From: Betaproteobacteria bacterium SG8_41
GTDB lineage: Bacteria > Pseudomonadota > Gammaproteobacteria > Burkholderiales > SG8-41
Direction of reading: 5' to 3'
Length of the DNA stretch: 64,000 bases
Assembly (NCBI GenBank): GCA_001303585.1
Contig: LJTT01000006.1
Span: 7,919-71,918 of the forward strand
The notes under the pieces were generated by a model. It had not been told where the DNA came from. It worked only from the letters and a program-made list of their open reading frames with translations, and searched no databases. Numbering within the stretch: the first letter of the stretch is position 1; the number at the start of each line of letters is the position of its first letter. The translations under genes and the position numbers were made by a program. Below are positions 19,930 through 29,290 of the stretch, piece by piece.

Positions 19930-21114
19930 ATGGAAACCGTCCTGTTTTCCGGCCTGTTCGATTTGCCGTGGTGGGGGCTGGTGCTGGTCGCGCTGGGGCT
20001 CACCCACATCACGATTGTCTCCGTTACGATATTCCTGCACCGTCATCAGGCGCACCACGCGCTCGACCTGCATCCGGCGGTCAGTCACTTCTTCCGGCTA
20101 TGGATCTGGCTGACCACGGGCATGCTCACGAAGGAGTGGGCCGCGGTGCACCGCAAGCACCATGCCAAATGCGACACGCCGGAGGACCCGCACAGCCCGC
20201 AGATTCTCGGAATCAACCGGGTGCTGTGGACCGGGGTCTTTCTCTACGTCAAGGAAGCCCGCAAACCGGAAACGCTTGAGCGCTACGGGCGCGGCACGCC
20301 GGACGACTGGCTCGAGCGCAACCTTTATTCGAGGTTCAAGATACTCGGGCTGGTGCTGATGGGCGTCGTCGACATCATCCTGTTCGGTATTGTTCCGGGC
20401 CTGCTGATTCTTGCGATACAAATCGTATGGATCCCGTTCTGGGCAGCAGGCGTGATCAACGGCATTGGCCATTACTGGGGCTATCGCCACTGGTCCACGC
20501 CCGACGCGAGCACGAACATTGTGCCGTTGGGCCTCCTGATCGGCGGGGAGGAGCTGCACAACAACCACCACGCCTACCCCACGTCGGCCAAGCTCTCGAA
20601 CAAATGGTACGAAGTCGATCTCGGCTGGATGTACATCCGCATTCTCGAAGCGCTGGGGCTCGCCAAGGTAAAACACGTTGCGCCGACTCCGCAATTCGCC
20701 GCGCCGAAGGCGGCCGTGGACCCCGATACCTTGCAGGCGATCATCCGCTGCCGCTACGACGTGCTCGCCAAGTACGCCCAGTCACTGAAACGGACCTATG
20801 CAGAGGAACTGCGCAAGCTGCGCCGGCGCTCGCCGCAGGAAGCGCGCGCCCTGAAGAGCGTCGAGCCCTGGCTCGACTGCGACGATAAGATGCTGCACGA
20901 CTCCGAGCGCGCCCGACTCGCCGAGGTGCTGCCGAAATCGCAGCCGCTGCAGACCATGTATGCGATGCGCCGCGAGCTCGCCGCGGTATGGGGGCGGTCC
21001 ACCGCCTCGCGCGAGCAGCTCGTCAGGCAACTGCAGGACTGGTGCCGGCGCGCAGAGGCGAGCGGAATCCAGGCTCTGGCCGAGTTCTCGCAACGCTTGC
21101 GCTCTTATGCCTGA
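19930..21114 (+). CDS. membrane acyl-CoA/phospholipid delta-9 fatty-acid desaturase (DesA-like)
   Basis: His boxes HRHQAHH, HRKHHAKCD and HNNHH. 394 aa with the long helical C-terminal extension typical of proteobacterial DesA. Confidence 0.85.
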   Translation: METVLFSGLFDLPWWGLVLVALGLTHITIVSVTIFLHRHQAHHALDLHPAVSHFFRLWIWLTTGMLTKEWAAVHRKHHAKCDTPEDPHSPQILGINRVLWTGVFLYVKEARKPETLERYGRGTPDDWLERNLYSRFKILGLVLMGVVDIILFGIVPGLLILAIQIVWIPFWAAGVINGIGHYWGYRHWSTPDASTNIVPLGLLIGGEELHNNHHAYPTSAKLSNKWYEVDLGWMYIRILEALGLAKVKHVAPTPQFAAPKAAVDPDTLQAIIRCRYDVLAKYAQSLKRTYAEELRKLRRRSPQEARALKSVEPWLDCDDKMLHDSERARLAEVLPKSQPLQTMYAMRRELAAVWGRSTASREQLVRQLQDWCRRAEASGIQALAEFSQRLRSYA

Positions 21115-21268
21115 CGCAGCTTTCTCGCGGCCGATAACCGCTATGCGGCACGTTTTTCGGATTTACCGCGCCTTCTGACTTTGAGTGCGGTGTGATTTGC
21201 TACCGGTATTACACCAAGGGCTCTTTGCTAGACTCGACGCGACGGAATTTGGACAAGGAGGCCGGATC

Positions 21269-21961
21269 ATGAGTGCATCCACGAGGACACGCTCCATTGC
21301 CGCGGCAGCGATTGGCGCTCTGGCACTCTCCGGTTGCGCCGGAATGACTCAGACAGAAAAGGACACCGCGACAGGCGCAGGAATCGGCGCGGCGGCTGGC
21401 GCGGTAATCGGCGGGGTCGCGAGCGGCGGACGCGGCGCCGCAAAGGGTGCTGCGATCGGCGCGGTCATTGGCGCGGCCGGCGGCTACATCTGGTCCAAAA
21501 ACATGCAGGAGCAGCAGCGCGAGATGGAAAAGGCGACCGAGGGCACCGGTGTCGAAGTCTCGAGGACGCCGGATAACCAGCTCAAGCTGGAAATCCCCAG
21601 TGACATTTCTTTCGACGTCGGCAAGGCCGACATCAAGCCGCGGATGCGCCCGGTGCTCGACAAGTTCGCACAAGGCCTGACCAGCTATCAGGGCACCAAC
21701 GTCCGCATCATCGGTCACACGGACAGCACCGGCAGCGACGCGATCAACAACCCCCTGTCAGTGAACCGGGCGGCCAGCACGCGCGACTACCTCGTTGCGC
21801 GGGGTGTCGGAATGAGCCGCATCGCGATTGACGGGCGCGGCTCGCGTGAGCCCATAGCGGATAACAGCACCGTCGAGGGCCGCGCGATGAACCGGCGCGT
21901 CGAGATTTTCGTCGCAGAGCCGGCGCCGGCGAGCCAACAGGCCCCCACGTCGAGTCGTTAG
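21269..21961 (+). CDS. OmpA-family lipoprotein with glycine-zipper N-domain
   Basis: Lipobox LALSGC, Gly-zipper GAGIGAAAGAVIGGV, and OmpA C-domain (GHTDSTGS...N..LS..RA...R..L...G ... NRRVEI). AAGGAGG SD. Confidence 0.85.
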   Translation: MSASTRTRSIAAAAIGALALSGCAGMTQTEKDTATGAGIGAAAGAVIGGVASGGRGAAKGAAIGAVIGAAGGYIWSKNMQEQQREMEKATEGTGVEVSRTPDNQLKLEIPSDISFDVGKADIKPRMRPVLDKFAQGLTSYQGTNVRIIGHTDSTGSDAINNPLSVNRAASTRDYLVARGVGMSRIAIDGRGSREPIADNSTVEGRAMNRRVEIFVAEPAPASQQAPTSSR

Positions 21962-22295
21962 CGCGCCCGTGCGCCATGCCCAGAAGGCGTCCGGCGCCCG
22001 GCGCGGTGACGGGCAGTACCGATGACTGGCAGCGAAGCAAGAGCACGTTCTGGGTCACCACTCGTTTACATCGCCAGTATCTTCATTGCGAGGTCCCGTC
22101 GCCAGTTCCGGTGCACGGCTTGACGTGTTTTAGCGCGCTGTATCCACAGTGGCTTCGTTGCCCTCGACGGTAAACCGCGGACAGACCGCGTTTACCGATT
22201 CTTGTTCGTGAAAAGGGCGATCTACCCGGTATCTGGTCCGCCCCGCAATTGGCCTCCCTTATGGGTGGAGCACCATACTCGTGATACAAGAAGAC

Positions 22296-23216
22296 ATGTG
22301 GTGCAAACGAAGCCTGCAGCAGGTCCTGGTCATTGCGCTTGGCATGCTGGCGGTGGCCGCCGCCGGAGGCGCCGACCTGACGCGCGCCTATTTCGCTGCC
22401 CATGTCCGCGACTGCGCCTTCAGCGCGGCGCATGTCAACGTGCTTCGCCAGCACAAGATGCTGTTGGTGCCCGGCTACTTCAGCGACCTGAATCCAAGCT
22501 ATTTCGCCGAGCAACTCCGCTGGCTCGCCTCCCTCGGGATCGAACGCGAGAAAGTTGCGATCAGGTCAAATCAGAGCGTCGGGGTCAACGCGCCGATTGT
22601 AGCCGCGGCAATTCGGCATTCCGTAAAGCCCGTCATCCTCATCACGCACAGCAAGGGCTCGGTCGATGCGCTCGAGGCGCTGCGCGCCGAGCCGTCGCTG
22701 CAACTGAAAGTAAAAGGCTGGGTGTCACTGCAGGGCGCGTTCTTCGGCACACCGGTGGCCGACAGGCTGCTCGACGGCTCGCTGCTCGACCCTTTGGTCT
22801 CGACCGCCATTCTCAGTTTTCTGGGCGGCACGAAGGAATCGGCACAGGGCCTGACCACGGGCGCTTCGCTCGCCTATTACCGCAAACACGCGGCCGCGAT
22901 CGATGCGATTGTGCGCAGGGTGCCGGCAATCGCTTTCGCCAGCGCACTCGACGGTACGCCGGGCGCACGGGTCAAGACGTTGCTGGAAATTCCGCGCGAG
23001 CTGATGTGGCGCAAAGGCATCCGCAGCGATGGCCTCGTGCCGACCGATGCCGCGGTGCTGCCGGGCATGAATTTCGTCGAGGTCCCGGGAGTCGATCACA
23101 TTGCGACGGTGATGCCGGCGCTCGAGCGTTTTGACCGCGTGCGCATGATGAAAGCGCTGCTGTTCACGCTGCGGGCGCCGTTTCACGCCCTTTCCCGCAG
23201 CACGGCCTGCAAGTAG
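22296..23216 (+). CDS. secreted alpha/beta-hydrolase, lipase-like
   Basis: Signal-like N-terminus, nucleophile elbow ITHSKGS, and later SDGLV and VDHIA as candidate Asp/His. The start is ambiguous (GTG 22281 or ATG 22296). Confidence 0.6.
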   Translation: MWCKRSLQQVLVIALGMLAVAAAGGADLTRAYFAAHVRDCAFSAAHVNVLRQHKMLLVPGYFSDLNPSYFAEQLRWLASLGIEREKVAIRSNQSVGVNAPIVAAAIRHSVKPVILITHSKGSVDALEALRAEPSLQLKVKGWVSLQGAFFGTPVADRLLDGSLLDPLVSTAILSFLGGTKESAQGLTTGASLAYYRKHAAAIDAIVRRVPAIAFASALDGTPGARVKTLLEIPRELMWRKGIRSDGLVPTDAAVLPGMNFVEVPGVDHIATVMPALERFDRVRMMKALLFTLRAPFHALSRSTACK

Positions 23217-23263
23217 CTTTTAAGTTTCTGGCGGATGGCCTTCCGCCTGCTGCCTCTGGGTGC

Positions 23264-23515
23264 TTATTCGTCTGACCAGCGCCTGCGGGGTCCCAGGTAT
23301 TCCTGGTCCTCCGGGGAGTCGTCACTTTCGTAATCTTCCGCCTCTTCAAACCTGTCCAGTTCGCGCAGGAGCGATTGTAGCCGCCGTTCCGCGGCGGAAT
23401 CCCTGTCGGCCTGTCCGGATATTTTCTTGACGACGGCTGCGGCGCCTTCGTGGTCGCGCTTCGTTTTGATGGGCCGTGCGGAATCGCCCGCTCTTGTTCG
23501 GCCTTGCTTCGCCAT
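23264..23515 (-). CDS. hypothetical small charged protein (83 aa)
   Basis: Good SD (GGAGTTGGAGGGG) before ATG 23515. Basic N-terminus and very acidic C-terminus (EEAEDYESDDSPEDQEY). No family recognised. Confidence 0.4.
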   Translation of the reverse strand: MAKQGRTRAGDSARPIKTKRDHEGAAAVVKKISGQADRDSAAERRLQSLLRELDRFEEAEDYESDDSPEDQEYLGPRRRWSDE

Positions 23516-23706
23516 CTTTACCCCTCCAACTCCTGTAATGCGTGACTGTTGACTGCGCTCAACGTGGCTGCCCTGCCCCGCAGCAGAGCGAAACGGCATC
23601 GGGTTTCATTGATCGCGGGCGGTCAGAAACCTCCGGGCCGCGCTGGTCCGCAGTCGGTTGGTGTCGTGTCCCAGAATTGGAGTCTGTCCCGGATTGCGCC
23701 TTCCCG

Positions 23707-24903
23707 TCAATTCCACGACCAGTAATCGTTGCGCTCGTCCATGTAAAACCGCGCGAGCACCATGCGGTGCACCTCGGACGCGCCGTCAACGAGCCGCGCC
23801 TGCCGCGCGTAGCGGTAGATCCATTCGAGTATCGTGTCTTTGGAGTAGCCGCGCGCGCCGTTCAGCTGGATCGCCGTGTCCACGGCCTTGTGGAGGACGT
23901 CGGCCACTGCAATTTTCGCCATCGATATTTCCTTGCGCGCAAACTCGCCGCGGTCGAGCCTGGCCGCCGCGCGCATGACCAGCAGGCGTCCAATCTCGAT
24001 CTGCATCGCGGCCTCGCCGAGCAGCCATTGCACGCTTTCTCGCCCGGCAAGTTTGCTGCCCAGCGCCTCGCGCTGGGAGACATATTCCGCAGCAATGTCC
24101 ATGGAACGACGGGCGAGCCCCAGCCAGCGCATGCAATGAGTGAGCCGCGCGGTGCCCAGCCGGATCTGCGTCACCTTCAGGCCGTCGCCAACGTTCATCA
24201 GCCGGTTCTCGTCGGGAATCTCCAGGCCGTCGAACTCCATCTCGCAGTGACCGCCATGCTCCTCCGGCCCCATCACCGGAATGCGCCGCACGATGCGCCA
24301 GCCCGGCTGGTCGCGGTCGAACAGAAAAGCGGTGAGCCCCTTGCGCTTATCGCCCGAGGTCTTCGCGATCAGCAGGAAATGCTGCGCCACTCCCGCGCCG
24401 GTGATGAACCACTTGCGGCCGCGGACGATCCATTTATCGCCCTTCCTCTCTGCAGTCGTGAGCATCATGGCCGGATCAGACCCGGCGCCGGGCGCCGGCT
24501 CGGTCATGACGATGGAAGAGCGCACCTTGCCGTCGACGATAGGTTGCAGCCAGCGCGCCTTCTGTTCTTCGGTCCCGATCTTGTTCAGCGCGATCATGTT
24601 GCCGTCGTCGGGCGCAGCGCAGTTGAAAGTGACCGGCCCGAAGATGGAGTAATTCATCTCCTCGTAGCATGCTGCCATTCCCACGACCGGCAGTCCCTGG
24701 CCGCCGCGCTCCCTCGGCATCTGCGGCGCCCACAAGCCTGCTGCTCTCGCCTCGGCGCGCAGCCTCTCCAGCACGTCAAGGCGGATGTTCTCGTGGTCGT
24801 CGTACGCATCGGGGTCCTGCTCGAGAGGGAGCAGTCGCTCGGCCACGAAGGCGCGATAGCGCTGGCGATAGTCATCGATTTGTTGAGGCAGCGTGAAGTC
24901 CAT
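23707..24903 (-). CDS. acyl-CoA dehydrogenase family protein (LvaC-like position)
   Basis: 398 aa. TEPAPGAGSD and the C-terminal ACAD helical domain with ...GASEVHRM. Confidence 0.85.
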   Translation of the reverse strand: MDFTLPQQIDDYRQRYRAFVAERLLPLEQDPDAYDDHENIRLDVLERLRAEARAAGLWAPQMPRERGGQGLPVVGMAACYEEMNYSIFGPVTFNCAAPDDGNMIALNKIGTEEQKARWLQPIVDGKVRSSIVMTEPAPGAGSDPAMMLTTAERKGDKWIVRGRKWFITGAGVAQHFLLIAKTSGDKRKGLTAFLFDRDQPGWRIVRRIPVMGPEEHGGHCEMEFDGLEIPDENRLMNVGDGLKVTQIRLGTARLTHCMRWLGLARRSMDIAAEYVSQREALGSKLAGRESVQWLLGEAAMQIEIGRLLVMRAAARLDRGEFARKEISMAKIAVADVLHKAVDTAIQLNGARGYSKDTILEWIYRYARQARLVDGASEVHRMVLARFYMDERNDYWSWN

Positions 24904-24931
24904 AAACAGTCTCGGCAGAAATAAAAAGGGT

Positions 24932-25094
24932 GGTGGCAGTGGCAGTTCCAGGTTCCAAGTTTAAGGTTTCAGGTTCGCCGTCTGCGACCCCGCGCCGAAC
25001 CCATGGACGTCGAACCTTGAACCTTAAACCTGAAACGGTGAATCAGCGTTTATCTGCGGCTAATAAAACAGGTTACGACTTTTCGATTCACGCT
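24932..25094. repeat. composite intergenic repeat: inverted heptamer arrays plus conserved core CGTTTATCTGCGGCTAAT
   Basis: Left array TTCCAGG TTCCAAG TTTAAGG TTTCAGG TTCG pairs with right array CGAACCT TGAACCT TAAACCT GAAAC. Core at 25044-25070 is flanked by GTGAATC/GATTCAC. Confidence 0.7.
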
Positions 25095-26655
25095 ACGCTT
25101 TCATCAGCTCCCGCGCACGCTCGCGCAGCACGAACTTCTGAATCTTGCCGGTCGCGTTCTTCGGCAGCTCGCCGAACACGATGCGCTTTGGTGCCTTGAA
25201 GTGTGCCATGTGCTCGCGTGCGTGGGCGACCAGGTCGACCTCGCTCGCGACAGCCCCGCTCTTCAGGACGACGAAAGCGACCGGCACCTCGCCCCACTTG
25301 GGATCGGGGCCGGCAACCACCGCGGCCTCCATCACAGCCGGATGGGAACACAAGGCGCGCTCGACATCGATCGAGGCGATATTCTCGCCGCCCGACAGGA
25401 TGATGTCCTTGGAGCGGTCCTTGATCTCGACGTAGCCGTAAGAATGCATCACGCCGAGATCGCCAGTCCTGAACCAGCCGTCCGGCATGGCTTTGCGGGT
25501 GGCGATCTCGTCCCGGTAATAGCCGAGCATCACGTTGTTTCCGCGCAGCGCAATCTCCCCGAGTGTCGCGCCGTCGGCGGGCACGTCCTCGCCATGGGCA
25601 TCGACGATGCGCACTTCGCTCGAAACGACATTGCCCACGCCCTGGCGCGCCTTGAGCCGCGCCTGTTCCTCCATCCCGAGCCGGCTCCACTCGCCGCGCC
25701 ATTCGCAGATCACCGCCGGGCCGAAGGTTTCCGTAAGGCCATAGAGGTGGGTTACCTCCATGCCCAGTTCAGCCATGCGCTGCAGGATTGCGGGCGTCGG
25801 CGGCGCGCCGCCCGTGGCCACGCGCACGGGTCGCGGCAGGCCCGCTGCGGCAGCGTGCCATGCAAGCATGACGAGCACCGTCGGCGCGCCATTAAAGTGT
25901 GTGACACCGGAGTCTCGCAGGTGGCCCCACACCAGCCCCGCGTCGAATTTGCGCAGGCAAAGATGCGCGGCGCCCGCGGTGGTGACGGCCCACGGGAAGC
26001 ACCAGCCGTTGCAGTGGAACATCGGCAGCGTCCACAGAAAGGTGCTGTCGCAGTCGAGTCGGGTCTCCATCGCCATTGCGAGCGCCTGCAGATAGGCACC
26101 GCGGTGGTGGTACATGACCCCTTTCGGGCTGCCCGTGGTTCCGCTCGTGTAGTTGATCGAGAGCAGTCCGCGCTCGTCGGCGACCGGCCGGTGCCATGGC
26201 GCGGCGCTGTCGAGCAGCAGCTCGTATTGATCATCGGGCCGCCCGGCCCGCACCATTCTCAATCCGCCGCCGGTCTGCACGGCAATATCCCGGGCGGGCG
26301 CCTCGAACTCGTAATCGTAGATAAGCACTTGCGCGCCGCTGTGCGCGACGATGGTCGCCAGCTCGGCCGCGGTGAGCCGCGGATTGAGCGCCACCAGCAC
26401 GGCGCCGGCGAACGGCACGCCGTAATGGGCTTCCAGAAGCACGTGCGTATTGGGCGCGAGCACCGCCACTCGCCCGCCTTCGACAACGCCCATGTTGCGA
26501 AGCGCGCCGGATAGCCGCAGGCAGCGCTCGAGAAGCTCCGCGTATGTGCAGCGGTGGGCATCGTCGATCACCGCGGTCCGATCCGCGTAGATCCGGCCCG
26601 ACCGCAAAAGGAAAGCCGTCGGCGTGAGCAGCTCGAAGGCGGCGCTGGCGCTCAC
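25093..26655 (-). CDS. AMP-forming acyl-CoA synthetase (medium/short-chain type; LvaE-like position)
   Basis: AMP-binding motifs YTSGTTGSPKG, TGDLG and GGENI. GTG start at 26655 with upstream GAGGG; the ORF is open to 26700. Confidence 0.9.
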   Translation of the reverse strand: MSASAAFELLTPTAFLLRSGRIYADRTAVIDDAHRCTYAELLERCLRLSGALRNMGVVEGGRVAVLAPNTHVLLEAHYGVPFAGAVLVALNPRLTAAELATIVAHSGAQVLIYDYEFEAPARDIAVQTGGGLRMVRAGRPDDQYELLLDSAAPWHRPVADERGLLSINYTSGTTGSPKGVMYHHRGAYLQALAMAMETRLDCDSTFLWTLPMFHCNGWCFPWAVTTAGAAHLCLRKFDAGLVWGHLRDSGVTHFNGAPTVLVMLAWHAAAAGLPRPVRVATGGAPPTPAILQRMAELGMEVTHLYGLTETFGPAVICEWRGEWSRLGMEEQARLKARQGVGNVVSSEVRIVDAHGEDVPADGATLGEIALRGNNVMLGYYRDEIATRKAMPDGWFRTGDLGVMHSYGYVEIKDRSKDIILSGGENIASIDVERALCSHPAVMEAAVVAGPDPKWGEVPVAFVVLKSGAVASEVDLVAHAREHMAHFKAPKRIVFGELPKNATGKIQKFVLRERARELMKA

Positions 26656-26942
26656 TTGCAAGCCCTCACGACACCGGATGGAGCGGGATCCGCACAGCAA
26701 AACACGGGGCGTCCTTTGTGCGCAACGCTTCCTCGACGTCGATCGTATCCGTGTTTTTCCGCGTTCGCGTCTCGATCCTTGCCAGAAGCCATCTCAAAAA
26801 CAATACAGCCACGGATCCGCGCGGAAGCACACAGAATGTTGTTCCACTACAGCTCACTTCGAGACTCAGGTCCTCGCCCGTGTAATTCCGTGCGATTCCG
26901 TGGTTAAAGATCCTGCAGTTTTCCGGGTTCTCGAGGCCGGTT

Positions 26943-27332
26943 CTAGCCGGGCACCAGCGCTTTGGGGTTGGATATGGCGAGCTTTTCTTCCGTCGTACGG
27001 CGCAGGTGCTCGAGCACCGCAGCGCGCTTCTCCCCGTCGAATCGACCCGCGCGAATCTCGTTTGCCAGGCGCCGATTATAGCTCTCGACTCCGTCGCGCA
27101 GCGCGCTGCCATCGGGTGCCGCGGGATTCTGGGACAGCAACCCGGCCAGGCGCCGGTATTCCTCGCGCAGCGGCGAGTCGCCCGCGGCCAGCTCGCGTTG
27201 CGCAATCGCCATGGCATTGGCGACCATCAAAGCGGTATAGCGCAGCGGCTCCGGGACAGCAGGCAATATTTCGGCGGTGAAGGCATGGCGCGCGATTTCG
27301 AGCAAGTCGCATGCATCGGGCCGGTCGTTCAT
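26943..27332 (-). CDS. small helical protein, DUF6285-like (LvaB-like position)
   Basis: 129 aa (MNDRPDACDLLEIARHAF...). Its ATG overlaps the stop of the upstream phosphotransferase gene (ATGA at 27329-27332). Confidence 0.6.
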   Translation of the reverse strand: MNDRPDACDLLEIARHAFTAEILPAVPEPLRYTALMVANAMAIAQRELAAGDSPLREEYRRLAGLLSQNPAAPDGSALRDGVESYNRRLANEIRAGRFDGEKRAAVLEHLRRTTEEKLAISNPKALVPG

Positions 27333-28330
27333 GGCGCTCCCGTGAGGTTGAGTATCTCGAGTTCGATCTGGCCTACGAGATGGCCAGTCAAGGCCAGCTC
27401 GAGCGAGCGCTGCGTCCCCGACAGATGGCGCTCGAGCTGCTGCAGCGCGATGATCGCCCAGCGCAAATGGGCCATGACTTGCCAGTATTGCAGATCGCCG
27501 GGCGTTATCCGGCGTCCTGACATCTGCTCGTATTCGGGCACGAAATCCTCGACGCCGGCGATCCCGCCAACCGTGAGATCCGGGCGCGCGAAGCGCCAGC
27601 ACCGGGCGCACATCCACCCAATGTCCTCGAGCGGGTTGCCGAATGCGGAAAATTCCCAGTCGAGTACACCGGCCAGGCGCCCCTCGTCGACCAGATAGTT
27701 GCCGGTGCGATAATCGCGATGGATGAACGTCGTGTCCTCGCGTTGCGGCGCGTTGAGCTCGCACCAGCGCAGCCCCCATTCAAGAGCCGGATACGGATGA
27801 GACAGTGTATCGAGGTAGCCGCGATAGTGGGCAATGCAATCGCGAGCGCGCATCGTCGGCAGGAACTCGAGCCCCGCGTGCGCCGGAGTAATCCGGTGCA
27901 GTCGGGCGAGATTCGCGGCAAGCTCCCGCGCGAGCCTGGCGCCGTCCGGCACCAGCTTCGCATCACGGGTGATCCTGTGGCCCGCGGCCACACCCGGCAG
28001 CCGCTCCATGATGAAGAACAGCTGGCCCGTGACGGCCGGGTCGTCGCACAGAAACAGCGGCTCCGGGGAAAGCACCTTGGCAGCGTGCGCGACCTTCAAA
28101 ACGGCGAACTCCTGCGCGCGCGTGAGGCTCTCGCGCACCGTCGCCGTGGCGTCGGTGCGCAGCACCCAGTGCCGCAGCTTGCCGTCGAGCTCGACGTCAA
28201 GCGCCCAGTTCTCCTGCACCGCGCCGCCGCTCATCCGTTCGAGGGTAACGATAACGGCATCGCGCGCGCTAGAGGCGCGCGCGACAAACCCGGCCAGGCG
28301 CCGTCGCGTGCTGTCTTCGTCGAGGGTCAC
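27329..28330 (-). CDS. phosphotransferase (APH/choline-kinase-like) family protein (LvaA / ACAD10-kinase-like)
   Basis: Brenner-type motif FIHRDYRTGNYLV followed by VLDWEF. 333 aa. Confidence 0.85.
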   Translation of the reverse strand: MTLDEDSTRRRLAGFVARASSARDAVIVTLERMSGGAVQENWALDVELDGKLRHWVLRTDATATVRESLTRAQEFAVLKVAHAAKVLSPEPLFLCDDPAVTGQLFFIMERLPGVAAGHRITRDAKLVPDGARLARELAANLARLHRITPAHAGLEFLPTMRARDCIAHYRGYLDTLSHPYPALEWGLRWCELNAPQREDTTFIHRDYRTGNYLVDEGRLAGVLDWEFSAFGNPLEDIGWMCARCWRFARPDLTVGGIAGVEDFVPEYEQMSGRRITPGDLQYWQVMAHLRWAIIALQQLERHLSGTQRSLELALTGHLVGQIELEILNLTGAP

Positions 28331-28410
28331 ATCAGGTCCCGGAATCGCGCCAGGGTAAAAGCAACGACCCGCTCTCGAGCCGCCATCCGCCGGCTGGCGC
28401 CTCTCCTCGG

Positions 28411-29118
28411 TTACTTGCCGGCGAGTTCGACGGCCTCAATCATGACCGGGTACGAATAACCCGCCCCGAAATCCTTGTGCGTACGCACGACGCCCTTAAC
28501 CAGCACGACGTCCCCGATCTTCGTCTCGCTCTTGCTTGTCACCAGCACGTCGTTCGTTCTCTCGGCGGCCGAGCCCGAGCCATCGCGCAGATGGATCCAG
28601 TTCTTGCCAAGGATTCCCGGGTTGTACTTCACGACCTTGCCGCGAACCAGGACTGTCTTGTCCTTGAGCATGTCCTTTCCTTGGACGATTTCGGCAACGG
28701 TTCGCGCATTCGGGCCGCTCGCCTTGGGAACTTTGAGATCTGCCGCTTGCGCCGGCGCGCCAAGGCCGCCGTGTACCGCAGACATGTCGCCATGCGTCGT
28801 GGGCGCGCCAGCGCCCGCGCCTGCCAGACGGCCAAACACGATCTTGTCAAACTTCCTGTTAAGCGATCTGCTCTGGAAGTTGGTCATTACGGTCGTTTGG
28901 TCCAGCCTGACGTCCGCGCCCTTTTCGACCTGCGCTCGCGGCGTGGCGGCCCAGGTCTCGCCATCCTGGGTCTTGAGGCGCAGGTAGGTAAAACTGGCGG
29001 CGTGCTGCACTTCGAGGACCTTGCCGCTGAGCGAGGCACCTTGCGGAGCGGCGGGTTTTTCTGCAGCCGAACCTGCGCCCGCCCAAAGCAGCGCGATGAC
29101 GAATAGAAACAACTTCAT
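28411..29118 (-). CDS. secreted protein with two OB-fold-like halves, unknown function
   Basis: Signal peptide MKLFLFVIALLWAGAGSAA. Half 1 GKVLEVQHAASFTYLRL...WAATP...NFQSRSLNRKFDKIVF, and half 2 GKVVKYNPGILGKNWIHLRDGSG...DFGAGYSYPVMIE. Confidence 0.6.
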   Translation of the reverse strand: MKLFLFVIALLWAGAGSAAEKPAAPQGASLSGKVLEVQHAASFTYLRLKTQDGETWAATPRAQVEKGADVRLDQTTVMTNFQSRSLNRKFDKIVFGRLAGAGAGAPTTHGDMSAVHGGLGAPAQAADLKVPKASGPNARTVAEIVQGKDMLKDKTVLVRGKVVKYNPGILGKNWIHLRDGSGSAAERTNDVLVTSKSETKIGDVVLVKGVVRTHKDFGAGYSYPVMIEAVELAGK

Positions 29119-29290
29119 GATTTGCCTATTTAGTTTGATGAAATGAGGGATGCCAGACCGCGCCGTGCGCGGGCTTGATTCTACGCGATTGGATGACACG
29201 CCGGCCAATCCCCGCTCCGCCGCTGCCGGATCGATCGAAACGGAAAAAGGGGTCTGACCCCTTTTCCCTGCTGACCCCTCTTTGCCCGAG

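Noticed and set aside
20700-21114. C-terminal ~130 aa of the desaturase considered as a possible fused transposase-like or mobile-element remnant.
   Set aside because: The reading frame is continuous, and the total length (394 aa) matches proteobacterial DesA, which normally carries this helical extension. No inverted repeats or IS ends flank it.
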